A DNA stretch of 64,000 bases from an uncultured Actinomycetes bacterium. Its GTDB lineage: Bacteria; Actinomycetota; UBA4738; HRBIN12. The translations under genes and the position numbers were made by a program. Location of the stretch: contig CAVYTE010000012.1 in assembly GCA_963771385.1 (NCBI GenBank), positions 145,877-209,876 on the forward strand, in the 5' to 3' direction. Positions 39,607 to 49,175 of the stretch are shown here, piece by piece (position 1 is the stretch's first letter; each line of letters opens with the position of its first letter). The notes beneath the pieces were generated by a model. It was not told the origin of the DNA, ran no database searches, and was given only the letters and a program-made list of their open reading frames with translations.

Positions 39607-39863
39607 GCAACGGGCGCCGCTTCGAGCTCCCCGAGGACCTCACCCCCGACGAGGAGCGAGCGATCATCCGTGCGCTCGAACGGTACTTCGCGCAGGAGCA
39701 TCCGCACCCGCGTCCCTGGGTGCTGGCCGGACGGGTCGACGCGACCGGGTGGGGCGCGCTCCAGTCGCGCCACCACACCGAGACGCCGTGGGCCGCGACC
39801 GGCAGGGTGACCTTCGTCCGCCGTGGTGTGCCGCCGCTCGCCGGCCGAGGCGACGCGGGGTAG
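39603..39863 (+). CDS. Putative acyl-CoA carboxylase epsilon subunit
   Basis: 86-aa ORF (tail of ORF 37470..39863) whose GTG overlaps the pccB stop (GTGA). Position and size, the [16 protein letters not shown] segment and the Trp-containing C-terminus fit actinobacterial epsilon subunits. Confidence 0.55.
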   Translation: MSNGRRFELPEDLTPDEERAIIRALERYFAQEHPHPRPWVLAGRVDATGWGALQSRHHTETPWAATGRVTFVRRGVPPLAGRGDAG

Positions 39864-40160
39864 ATGACCGCGTCGAAGGTACCGAGGGCGATCGCGGATC
39901 GGCGGGAGGCTTCGGCCGCGTTCGAGGCCGAGGGGTGTTCGACGCCCCGACCGTGGGGGAACGGGCCCGGCGACACCTACGGACGCCATTCGCACGGCTA
40001 CCACAAGGTGCTGTTCTGCCTCGAGGGCTCGATCACGTTCCACCTGGACGAGGGCGACGTCGAGCTGCGGGCGGGCGACCGGCTCGACCTCGGATCCGGG
40101 ACGGTGCACGCTGCGACCGTTGGGCCGCAAGGCTGTTCGTGCGTGGAGGCGTCGAGGTGA
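39864..40160 (+). CDS. Small cupin-domain protein
   Basis: HSHGYHKVLFCLEGSITF..GDRLDLGSGTVHAA, the two cupin motifs. Confidence 0.7.
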   Translation: MTASKVPRAIADRREASAAFEAEGCSTPRPWGNGPGDTYGRHSHGYHKVLFCLEGSITFHLDEGDVELRAGDRLDLGSGTVHAATVGPQGCSCVEASR

Positions 40161-41284
40161 AGGTGGCGGTTCACGTCGACCAGCTCTTCGCTCCCGTCCC
40201 GGGCGGCATCGGCACGTACGTCCGGAACCTCGTGCCCTCGATGGCCACCCACGACCCCTCGCTCGAGCTCGTCCTGTTCCACTCGCGCTTCGCCTCGCCC
40301 GAGCCGCCCGAACGCTGGATGCGGGAGTTCTGGGTGGAGGAGCTCCCCGCATCCGCCCGGTCCCTGTACCCGCGCTGGACCGCGCTCGGGCGCCCGACGC
40401 TGCCGCCCTCCCTGGCCGCCGCCGACGTCGTCCACGCGACGAACCCGGCCGCCATCCCCCCGGTCGCGGACGGGCAGCGGCTGGTCGTGACGATCCACGA
40501 CCTCGCGTTCGTGCACTACCCGAGCGCGTTCCCGCAGAAGTGGCGTGCGATCTACCGTTTCGGGGTGCGAGCCGCGGTCCGGCGGGCGGACGCGATCGTG
40601 ACGCCGTCGAGGAACACCGCGGAGGACGTGCTCTCGCGCACGAAGGTCGACCCCCGGAAGCTCCACGTCGTGCCCCTGGCCGCGCCCCCCCCGGCGGAGG
40701 ACGTCGTCGACGTCGCGGAGGTGATCGGCCGGCTGAAGGTACGGCCGCCGTACGTGCTGTTCGTCGGGACGATCGAGCCGAGGAAGAATCTCGTCCGGCT
40801 CGTGCGCGCCTACCGGCGGGTCGCCGCGACCGGCGTGCCGCACTCGCTGGTGCTTGCCGGCCCGCTCGGTTGGCACCACGAGGCGCTGATGCGCGAGCTC
40901 GCGCTGGAGGGTCCCGGCGACATCGCCATGACCGGAGCGCTCACACCGCAGGAGCTCGACGCCGTCTACCGTGCTGCGGACGTGTTCGCCTACCCGTCGC
41001 TGTACGAGGGCTTTGGCCTCCCGGTCCTCGAGGCGATGTCGCGGGGGATCCCGACCGTCGCATCGAGCACCTCCTCGGTGCCCGAGGTCACCGGCGACGC
41101 GGCGCTCGCCGTGAACCCGCGTTCGGTCCGCGAGATCGCGAAGGCGATCGAATCCGTCTGTAGGGACGTCGGTCTCGCCGAGCGTCTCGCGGCGCGAGGG
41201 CGGGCCCAGTCCGAGCGCTTCAGCTGGGACGAGACCGCGCGCAGGACGATCGAGGTGTACGAGCGGGCGCGGGGATCCAAATGA
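40157..41284 (+). CDS. Family-4 (GT-B) glycosyltransferase
   Basis: GTG 40157 in ORF 39749..41284: GGIGTYVRNL, LFVGTIEPRKN, YPSLYEGFGLPVLEAMSRGIPTVAS. Confidence 0.9.
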   Translation: MKVAVHVDQLFAPVPGGIGTYVRNLVPSMATHDPSLELVLFHSRFASPEPPERWMREFWVEELPASARSLYPRWTALGRPTLPPSLAAADVVHATNPAAIPPVADGQRLVVTIHDLAFVHYPSAFPQKWRAIYRFGVRAAVRRADAIVTPSRNTAEDVLSRTKVDPRKLHVVPLAAPPPAEDVVDVAEVIGRLKVRPPYVLFVGTIEPRKNLVRLVRAYRRVAATGVPHSLVLAGPLGWHHEALMRELALEGPGDIAMTGALTPQELDAVYRAADVFAYPSLYEGFGLPVLEAMSRGIPTVASSTSSVPEVTGDAALAVNPRSVREIAKAIESVCRDVGLAERLAARGRAQSERFSWDETARRTIEVYERARGSK

Positions 41285-42238
41285 AGGTCACGCTGATCAC
41301 CACGGTGCTGAACGCGTCGGACCGCGTCGGCGCGTTCCTCGAGTCGGTCGCGTGGCAGACGCGGTCGCCCGATGAGGTCGTCGTCGTCGACGGCGGCTCG
41401 ACCGACGGCACGCTCGAGATCGTACGGGGATCCGCGGACGTCTCCCTGGTCGAGCAGCCGGGCGCGAACATCGCCCGCGGCCGGAACCTCGCGATCGCGT
41501 CGGCCACGCACGACGTGATCGCGGTGTCCGACGCGGACTGCGTGCTCGAACGCGACTGGCTCGAGCGGCTGCTCGAGCCGCTCGAGGCGGGGGCGGACGT
41601 GGCGATGGGGTTCTACCGGCCGCTCGCCGACTCGTTCCTCCAGCGCGCGATGTCGTGCGTGAACCTCCCCGACGCGGACGAGCTCGACGAGGCCACGTTC
41701 ATGCCGAGCGGCCGGTCGGTGGCATTCACGAAGGAGGCGATCGAGCGCGGCCGGCGGGTATCCGGAGTGGCTCGACATCGGCGAGGACATGTTCGTCGAT
41801 CACCGGTTCCGCGAGCTCGGGCTCGACATGCGGCTCGTCCCCCGCGCGGTCGTGAACTGGCCGCTCCGGGCGTCGCTCGCGGAGACCTGGCGTCAGTACT
41901 TCCGCTACGCGCGCGGGGACGCGGAGGCGGGGATGTTCCCCGAACGCCACGCGCTGCGGTTCGGCGTCTACTCGGCCGGCCTGTACGCGTGGTCGACGCG
42001 CGGGCTGCTCCGCAAGGCGGCCACGCTCGCCGGCGCGGGCGCGTACGCGTTCACGCCGCTCCGGCGTGCGCGCGACCGTTTCGACGATCCCGCGGAACGC
42101 GCGCGGGCGATGCTCGCGGTGCCGGGGCTGATGGCGTTCATCGACAGCGCGAAGATGGCCGGCTGGCTGGCCGGTGCGCGTCGCCGTGCCGAGCGCCCGG
42201 AGCGCCCGTCGGGAACCGTTGTCGGAAGGCACGCGTAG
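41281..42238 (+). pseudogene. Family-2 (GT-A) glycosyltransferase, one frameshift as sequenced
   Basis: MKVTLITTVLNASDR..VVVVDGGSTDGT..AVSDADC, then (break near 41745) GYPEWLDIGEDMFVDHRF..WRQYFRYARGDAEAG in ORF 41789..42238. ATGA overlap with the previous gene. Confidence 0.8.
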
Positions 42239-42273
42239 AATCCAGATGCACCCCAGGAAGAGAGACCTCGCGC

Positions 42274-42858
42274 ATGCGTGAAGGACCACGGATCCGCGGC
42301 CTCCCGGTCTTCGGCTTCGCCGTGGCCGGGCTCCTGCTCGGGCATGCCTTGTCCTACGCGATCGCGATCCCCGACCCGTACCACCGAGACCTGGTCCTGG
42401 ACCGGACGGGCCACGGGTACCTGCCCCTGTTCGCGGAGGCTGCCCTGATCCTCCTGTTCGCCGGGGTCGCCGCCGCGGTCACTCGGGCGCTGGCCGGTCG
42501 ACGCTCCGAACGCACCGATCGCTTCGCGGCTCTCGCCGGGCTCCTCGTCTGCGTCCAGGTGTCGGCGTTCGTCGGCCAGGAGGTGCTCGAGCGCGTGGTC
42601 GCGGGCGTGCCGCTCGGGGACCTGGCCCACGACCACCTGCTGAGCATCGGGTTGGTCGTGCAGGTGGTCGTCGCGATCGGCGCCGCGGGGTTGCTGCGAC
42701 TGCTCGCGCGAACATCGTCGCGGCTCGCGGACGTCGTCCGCTCGCGGGTGGAGCATCCTCGCCCCGAACACGTCACGGTGGTGCCCGTCACCTCGAGACG
42801 GCCGGTCCGGCTCCTGCTCGTCTCGGCCGCGAACGTTCGCGGACCTCCCCCCGCCTGA
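42274..42858 (+). CDS. Integral membrane protein, unknown function (about four TM segments)
   Basis: ATG after GGAAGAGAG in the frame of ORF 41281..42858. Hydrophobic segments LPVFGFAVAGLLLGHALSYAIA, LPLFAEAALILLFAGVAAAV, LAGLLVCVQVSAFV, LLSIGLVVQVVVAIGAAGLL. Confidence 0.55.
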   Translation: MREGPRIRGLPVFGFAVAGLLLGHALSYAIAIPDPYHRDLVLDRTGHGYLPLFAEAALILLFAGVAAAVTRALAGRRSERTDRFAALAGLLVCVQVSAFVGQEVLERVVAGVPLGDLAHDHLLSIGLVVQVVVAIGAAGLLRLLARTSSRLADVVRSRVEHPRPEHVTVVPVTSRRPVRLLLVSAANVRGPPPA

Positions 42859-42928
42859 CGGAACCCCCCCTCATCACTTCCGATCCGCGCGGCCAACCGG
42901 TCGTGCCCAGACACGGTGGAGGTTCGTC

Positions 42929-43606
42929 ATGTCGATCCGATCGAAGCGGCAGCTGTCGGCCGCGATGGTGCTCACGACGCTGCTGCTCCTACCGACCGCG
43001 CCCGCCCTCGCACACGAGGGGCGGAGGCTCGGCGACCTGGAGCTGGTGGTCGGGTTCGGGACCGAGCCCGCGTACGCCGGGGAGGTGAACAGCGTGCAGC
43101 TCATCGTCGAGCACGCGGGAGACCCGGTCCTCGACGTCGCCGACACGCTCGAGGTCGAGGTCTCGTTCGGGGACGGATCGGTCCAGCTCCCGCTCGAACC
43201 GGCCTTCGACTCGCCGGGCGAGTACCGCGCGTGGTTCATCCCGACCGCGGCGGGACAGTACGCGTTCCACTTCACCGGCACGATCGACGACGAGGACGTC
43301 GACGAGACGTTCACGTCCGGCCCCGACACGTTCTCGGACATCGAGGATCCGGCGACCATCGCCTTCCCGGCGGTCGACGCGCCGACCACGACGGAGCTCG
43401 CCGAGCTGATCGGCCGTGTCGAGCCGAGGCTCTCGGGTGAGATCGAGGACGCCCGAGCGGCGGCGATCGCTCGCGCCGACGAGGTCGCGGACGACGCCTC
43501 CAGCGCGCAGACGTTCGGCCTGATCGGCCTGATCGTCGGCGCCCTGGGGTTGGTGGTCGCCGTCGTCGCGCTCGTCGCGTCGAGGAAGCGGCCGGCGGCG
43601 GCCTGA
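42929..43606 (+). CDS. Secreted, C-terminally membrane-anchored protein with predicted N-terminal His after signal cleavage (possible metal-binding partner of CopC/CopD)
   Basis: Strong GGAGG upstream. Signal peptide ..LLLLPTAPALA followed by HEG. The beta-rich domain contains GEYRAWFIPTAAGQYAFHFTG. C-terminal TM segment GLIGLIVGALGLVVAVVALVA. Sits in a copper-locus context. Confidence 0.6.
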   Translation: MSIRSKRQLSAAMVLTTLLLLPTAPALAHEGRRLGDLELVVGFGTEPAYAGEVNSVQLIVEHAGDPVLDVADTLEVEVSFGDGSVQLPLEPAFDSPGEYRAWFIPTAAGQYAFHFTGTIDDEDVDETFTSGPDTFSDIEDPATIAFPAVDAPTTTELAELIGRVEPRLSGEIEDARAAAIARADEVADDASSAQTFGLIGLIVGALGLVVAVVALVASRKRPAAA

Positions 43607-43611
43607 GGACG

Positions 43612-44154
43612 ATGCTCGCGCACGCGGGCGGTGCGCCCGAGTTCGCGTCGTCGGCGCTCGTCGCCGCCGGCCTGGTGGTCGGCTGGGTCGGCCTCAGCCG
43701 GATCCGCGGCCGCGGGTTCTCGAGGTTGCCCGGCTGGGGCGCGTGGACGTTGATCGGCCTCGCGCCGGTCGTGCTCGTCGCGTCGATCGTCGTGCCGTCG
43801 GTGCTCTGGCCGCAGCCGAGCGGGACCCGGCCGGCCTCCAGCGCCACGATCGCCTTCATGGAACCGGCTCCCGGGCAGGTCGTGCGCGGGGACGACCTCG
43901 AGGTCCTCGTGCAAGTGGACGACGCTTCGATCGTCGAGGGGTCGTCGACCGACATCGCGCCGGATACCGGGCACCTCCACCTGTTCGTCGACGGCGCGAT
44001 CGTCTCGATGACCAGCGGCGAGGCCCAGAAGGTCCCGGTGGAGGACCTCGATCCCGGCGTGCACCGGCTCGAGGCCGAGTTCGTCGCGGCGGACCACGCA
44101 CCCTTCGATCCGCGCGTGGTGATCACGACGACGTTCGTGACGGAGGGGTCGTGA
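43612..44154 (+). CDS. Membrane protein with DUF4399-like extracytoplasmic domain
   Basis: Two N-terminal TM segments, then TDIAPDTGHLHLFVDG..VHRLEAEFVAADHAPFDPRV. Paralogous to the 46141 gene. Confidence 0.65.
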   Translation: MLAHAGGAPEFASSALVAAGLVVGWVGLSRIRGRGFSRLPGWGAWTLIGLAPVVLVASIVVPSVLWPQPSGTRPASSATIAFMEPAPGQVVRGDDLEVLVQVDDASIVEGSSTDIAPDTGHLHLFVDGAIVSMTSGEAQKVPVEDLDPGVHRLEAEFVAADHAPFDPRVVITTTFVTEGS

Positions 44155-46103
44155 GGCGGCTCGCGCTCGCCGGGTTCGTCGCCGCCACGAGTGTCGTCCT
44201 GCTGTCGGCGCTCGCCCCCCCTGCCGGCGCGCACGCCGCGGTCACGGCGACCGATCCCGCGAACGGCGCCATCCTCGACACCGCCCCCGAGGAGATCGGG
44301 ATCTCGTTCACCGAACCGCCCGACCTCTCCCTGACGGTCGTCGACATCGTCGACCGGACGGGCGCCTCCGTGCCGACCGGGCCGGTCGAGCGCGTCCCGG
44401 GAGACGAGCTCTCGATCCGGGTCGCACCCGACCCGCTCCCCAACGGGGTGTACACGGTCACGTGGCGGACGGTCTCGACGACCGACGGCCACGTCACCTC
44501 GGGGGCGTTCTCGTTCGGGGTCGGCGTCTCCGAGGGAGACGTCACGGCGATCCCCGCCGGCGACACGGAACAGACGGAACCTCCGAGCCCGATGGCCGTC
44601 GCCGGCAGGTGGTGCCTGTACGCCGGACTCGTCGTGCTGTTCGGCGCCGGGGTGGCGGGTCTGTTCGCGCTCGGGCCCGGCGTCACGACCCGGCCGTGGA
44701 TCCTGGGGATCGCGTGGGCACTCGCGGCGATCGGCGTCGTGCTCATGACGGTGGCGGAGCGGTCGGCGGTCGGCGTGCCGCTCGGAACGCTCCTGTCGTC
44801 GGATGCCGGCGGCAAGTTCGTCGTGCTCGCCGTCACCGTGACCGTCGCCGGCATCGTGGCGCTCGCCGCGGCGATCAAGCCCGGGAGGGTGACGCTCGCG
44901 CTCCTGGCGCTCGGGGCCGCCGGTGCGATGCTCGCGCGCGCCGCCGGCGGCCACGCCGCGGGGTCGCCCACCGCCGTCCTGGTCCAGTGGGTGCACGTCG
45001 TCGGCGTCGGGACGTGGATCGGGGGACTCGTCTGGCTCCTCGTCGGCCTCGCGAAGGGCCTGGGACCCGCCGAGGTCCGGCGATCGTCGCGCCTCGCGTT
45101 GATCGGTCTCGTGATCGTCGTGATCTCGGGCGTGCTCCGCGCGTCCAACGAGCTCGGCGGCTTCGGATGGTGGCTCCACGCGTTCGACACGAGCTACGGC
45201 ACGACGCTGGTGGTCAAGCTCGCCGTCGTCGCCACGATCGTCACACTCGGCGCGGTGAACCGGTTCCGCAACGTCGCACGGTTCGAACAGCTCGGTTCGC
45301 GCCCGCTCCTGCGGACCGCCGGAGGCGAGGTCGCGCTCGCGGCCGTCGCCTTCGGGATCACCGGCCTGCTCACCGGGCTCCCCCCGCAGCCGACCGAGCC
45401 GGAGCCACCGGAGGCCGCGCACCTCGTGGTGACCGGCTCGGACTTCGCCACGACGACGAGAGCACGGCTCACGATCACGCCCGGCACCGTCGGGCCGAAC
45501 ACGTTCCTCGTCGTGCTGACGGACTACGACACGGGCGAACCGGTCGAGGCTCGTCGGGTGGTGCTCACGTTCGACCTCCCGGAGCAGCCGGAGGTCGGCT
45601 CGGAGCTCGAACTCGAACGCGTCGAGGACGGCGGGTGGCAGGCCGCGTCCACCGCCCTCGCGCTCGACGGCACGTGGACGATCACCGTCCGGGCGGAGCA
45701 AGCCGACGGCTCGCTCGAGATCCCGCTCGAGGTGACGCCGGAGGTCCCAGAGCCGCAACTCGACGTCTCCGAGGTGCCGGGGCAGCCGACGCTCTACACG
45801 TTCACGCTCGCCGGAGGGATCCAGATCCAGGCCTACGTCGATCCCGGCGAGGCCGGGCGGACGAACCAGGTGCACATCACCGCCTTCGACGCGGAGGGCT
45901 CGGAGCTGCCGCTCCATCACGGGATCGTGCTCGCGACACCGGACGGCGGCGCCCCGATCTCGCCGCTGCCCCAACGGCTCTCGAAAGGCCACTTCGTCGC
46001 GAACCTCGACCTCGAGCAACCCGGCACGTGGACGTTCGACCTCGACGTGCTGACCCGCAGTGGGCAGACGTTCCTCCTGTCGTTCGACCAGACGTTCCCG
46101 TGA
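44151..46103 (+). CDS. CopC-CopD fusion copper-resistance/transport protein with C-terminal Ig-like domains
   Basis: GTG 44151 (GTGA overlap) in ORF 43743..46103. Signal peptide, then HAAVTATDPANGAILD..YTVTWRTVSTTDGHVTSGAFSFGV (CopC), about eight TM segments (CopD), then two beta-rich repeats. Confidence 0.85.
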   Translation: MRRLALAGFVAATSVVLLSALAPPAGAHAAVTATDPANGAILDTAPEEIGISFTEPPDLSLTVVDIVDRTGASVPTGPVERVPGDELSIRVAPDPLPNGVYTVTWRTVSTTDGHVTSGAFSFGVGVSEGDVTAIPAGDTEQTEPPSPMAVAGRWCLYAGLVVLFGAGVAGLFALGPGVTTRPWILGIAWALAAIGVVLMTVAERSAVGVPLGTLLSSDAGGKFVVLAVTVTVAGIVALAAAIKPGRVTLALLALGAAGAMLARAAGGHAAGSPTAVLVQWVHVVGVGTWIGGLVWLLVGLAKGLGPAEVRRSSRLALIGLVIVVISGVLRASNELGGFGWWLHAFDTSYGTTLVVKLAVVATIVTLGAVNRFRNVARFEQLGSRPLLRTAGGEVALAAVAFGITGLLTGLPPQPTEPEPPEAAHLVVTGSDFATTTRARLTITPGTVGPNTFLVVLTDYDTGEPVEARRVVLTFDLPEQPEVGSELELERVEDGGWQAASTALALDGTWTITVRAEQADGSLEIPLEVTPEVPEPQLDVSEVPGQPTLYTFTLAGGIQIQAYVDPGEAGRTNQVHITAFDAEGSELPLHHGIVLATPDGGAPISPLPQRLSKGHFVANLDLEQPGTWTFDLDVLTRSGQTFLLSFDQTFP

Positions 46104-46140
46104 CCCGCCCGTCGTGAGCGTCGTGTATGAACGGGGTGAG

Positions 46141-46586
46141 ATGCACCGGAGGATCGTGGGCCTCCTCTTCGTGACGCTCGTGCTCGCCGCCTGTGGCTCG
46201 GGTGGCGAGACCGGCGGCGCCACGGCGTCGCCGTCCACGTCGCCCTCGTCGCCGAGCACCGCGACGCGGCCGAGCAGCACCGCCGACCTCGCGATCGTGC
46301 AGCCGAAGACCGGCAGGGTGCGTCGAGGGTTCGATCGTCCTGCTGCAGGTCTCGCTCGAGGGTGCGAAGCTCGTCCCGCAGACGACGACCGACATCGCTC
46401 CGGACGAAGGACACCTGCACGTGCTGCTCGACGACCAGCTGATCTCGATGACCGAGGGGCTCGAGCAGGCAGATCGCCGACGTCGCGCCCGGCACCCACC
46501 GGATCACGGTCGAGTTCGTGGCCAGCGATCACGTCCCGTTCGACCCGCGCGTGGTCTCGGTCGTCGCCTTCGAGGTGCGACCGTGA
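46141..46586 (+). pseudogene. Lipoprotein with DUF4399-like domain, two frameshifts as sequenced
   Basis: MHRRIVGLLFVTLVLAACGSGG lipobox, then TDIAPDEGHLHVLLDD, then THRITVEFVASDHVPFDPRVVSVVAFEVRP. The pieces pass through three frames, with breaks near 46320 and 46470. Confidence 0.65.
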
Positions 46587-47153
46587 GCGCGCTCGATCCC
46601 CGCGTCGAACGATCGGACCCGACGCTCCCGGCGATCGTCGTCGTCGTCGCCGGCACCGTCGCGCTGCTCGCGAGGCCCTTCGTGGTCGCCGGCCCGAACG
46701 CACGCATCGGCCTGCTCGCCACGGCCTACGTCGCGATCGCCCTCGCCTGCATCGCCGTCCCGGTCGAGCGGGGTCGAGCACTGATCCCCTTCTCCGCCGT
46801 GGCGCTGATCGGGCTCGGCGCCGTGGCGGCCGCCGTGGTCCTGGCCGGCCCGGCCGTCCCGGTTCCCTGGGGCTCGGCGGCACTGCCGCTCTCGGTGCTC
46901 GCGGCCGTCGCCGAAGAGGCGCTGTTCCGACGCGTCGCGTACGCGCGGTTCGAGCGGTTCGGGCCCGCGCCGGCGATCGTCGTCACGCGCCTGTCTGTTC
47001 GCGCTCGTCCACGTGCCCGCGTACGGCCCCGCCGCGCTGCCCGTGGACCTCGGCGCGGGCCTGCTCTTCGGGTGGCAGCGCTGGGCGAGCGGGACCTGGA
47101 TCGCGCCCGCCACGACCCACGCGGCGGCGAACGCGTGGGTGGTGCTCGGATGA
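46583..47153 (+). pseudogene. CPBP-family (CAAX-type) intramembrane glutamic protease, one frameshift as sequenced
   Basis: GTG overlapping the previous stop. Multiple TM segments; EEALFRR motif; after the break near 46985, LFALVHVP..THAAANAW. Confidence 0.7.
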
Positions 47154-48402
47154 GGCGCGCGCTCTCTGCCGCGCTCGTCGGCGCGCTCGTGGTCCTGAGC
47201 GCCTGCACCGGGGCCCCGCAGGAGGAGCCGATCCGGATCGGCGCCGTCTATCCGCTCTCCGGCACCCAGGGACCGGGCGGGGTCGACGAGTTCCACGGCG
47301 TCCAGGTCGCGGTCCAGCTCGCGAACGCGGACGGCGGGGTGCGCGGGCGGCCGATCGAGCTCGTCCCGGTCGACGTCCCTGCCGCCGATGCCGCGCCCGG
47401 GGCGATCGAGCACCTCGAGGACCTCGGCGTGCGGCTGCTCCTCGGGAGCTACGGGAGCACGATCTCGGCCCCGGCGGCCGAGGCCGCCGCGAGGCGTGGA
47501 CTGCTGTTCTGGGAGACCGGCGCGGTCGGCGAGATGACGCGGTGCCGGCGCGGGCGAGCTCGTGTTCCGCGTCGCGCCGTCGGGCGCGGTCCTCGGTCGC
47601 AACGCGATCGGGTTCGTTGCGGACGAGTACGCCCCGGTGCTCGGAACCGATCCCGCGGCGTTGCGGTACGCGGTCACCCTCGTCGACGACGCCTACGGAC
47701 GCGCGGTCGCCGAGGGTGGCATCGACGAGATCCGGGCTCGCGGATTCACGCTCGCGGGCACATTCGCGTACGACCCGCGGACCGTGGACATGCGGGCGTT
47801 CGTGCGGGACCTCGCATCCAGCCGGCCGGACGTCGTGTTCGTGTCCGCGTACCTGCAGGACGCGATCGACATGCGTCGCGAGATGGTTCGGCAGGGTCTG
47901 GACGTCCTGGTCGGCATCGGGACCTCGTCGAGCTACTGCATGCCGGCGTTCGGCGCCGAGCTCGGGCGACGAGGCGGTCGGCCTGTTCGCCTCGGACAAG
48001 CCGGACTCGGACGCGCTGAACGTGGAGGGCCTCACGCGCTCGGGACGCCTCCTGCTCGAACGCGCGGAGACGGCGTTCGGGGACCGGTTCGGCGAGCCGA
48101 TGAGCGCCGCCGCGCTCGCCGGCTTCTCGGGAGCGTGGGCGCTGCTGCACGAGGTGCTGCCCGAGGCCACGGGCCTCGCACCGATCGAGGTCGCATCGGC
48201 CGCGAACGCCACGAGGCTGCCCTCGGGATCCCTCCCGAACGGCGGCGGGCTGCGCTTCGGAGAGCCGGGAACGGTCACCGCCGGCGCCAACCTGCTCGCG
48301 TCGAGCGTGATCTGGCAGTGGCAGGCGCCCGGCTCGTACGCGGTCGTCTCCCCCGACCGATACGCGACGAGCGAGACCCTGCTGCTCGATCCCCTCCCGT
48401 GA
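47150..48402 (+). pseudogene. ABC transporter substrate-binding lipoprotein (Leu/Ile/Val-binding protein family), two frameshifts as sequenced
   Basis: MRRALSAALVGALVVLSAC lipobox, IRIGAVYPLSGTQGPGG, LLLGSYGSTIS, then ORF 47562 frame (VFRVAPSGAVLG..DVVFVSAYLQDA), then ORF 46060 frame to the stop at 48402. Breaks near 47540 and 47965. Confidence 0.8.
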
Positions 48403-49175
48403 GCGTCGCTCGCCGACGAGCGCTCGCCGCCGGGCTGGTCGCGCTCGCGTTGTACGCGTCCGGGGCGGCGCTCTCCGGTCATCTGAGCCCGCTCGCCGGG
48501 CGGCCCCTCCTCGACGGCCTCGCGCCCCCGACCCCCTACCGATGGGTCGAGCCGCCGATCGAGCTCGTCACGAGCAACGAGCCACCCTCGTCCGGGAGGT
48601 TCAAGATCCGCGTCGGACCGGAGGGGAGCCGCACCTCGGTCATGACCACCGACGACGCGCAGGTGACGTGGATCGCGCCGAAGGGATCGTTCGCCTTCGC
48701 CGAGGGGCAGCGCGCGGTCGAGATCACGATCGAGCCGCTCGCGCCTTCGGCTGCTGCGGAGCCCGAACCGCCGCTCGAGATCGCGGGGAACGTGTACCTG
48801 CTCGAGGCCGCCTACCGGCCCTCGGGCGATCCCGCACCGCTCGCCATGGACTCGACGATCGTCCTCGTGTACCCGCTGCTGTCGAACGACCACGGCGGCC
48901 ACACGGTCCTCGCTTCGGAGACCGGGACCGAGTGGACGGCGCTGCAGACGAGCGACCTCCCGAGCATCCAACAGGCCGACGCGGAGCTCGACGTCGTGGG
49001 CTACGTCGCCGTCGCTCGAACCGGCTCCCCGAGCCCGTCACCGTCCGCGAGCGGCGGCGGTACCTCGGTCGGGACGATCCTCGTCTCGTCGGCGATCGCC
49101 GTGCTCACGTTCGTCGCGGTGTACCTGATCTTCGGGGCGAGGCGACCGTCGAAACGGCCCGGGCGTCGCGCCTAG
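48399..49175 (+). CDS. Bitopic membrane protein, unknown function
   Basis: GTG (GTGA overlap) in ORF 47562..49175. N-terminal TM segment LAAGLVALALYASGAAL, a beta-rich middle, an SPSPSPS linker, and a C-terminal TM segment ILVSSAIAVLTFVAVYLIF. Confidence 0.55.
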   Translation: MSVARRRALAAGLVALALYASGAALSGHLSPLAGRPLLDGLAPPTPYRWVEPPIELVTSNEPPSSGRFKIRVGPEGSRTSVMTTDDAQVTWIAPKGSFAFAEGQRAVEITIEPLAPSAAAEPEPPLEIAGNVYLLEAAYRPSGDPAPLAMDSTIVLVYPLLSNDHGGHTVLASETGTEWTALQTSDLPSIQQADAELDVVGYVAVARTGSPSPSPSASGGGTSVGTILVSSAIAVLTFVAVYLIFGARRPSKRPGRRA

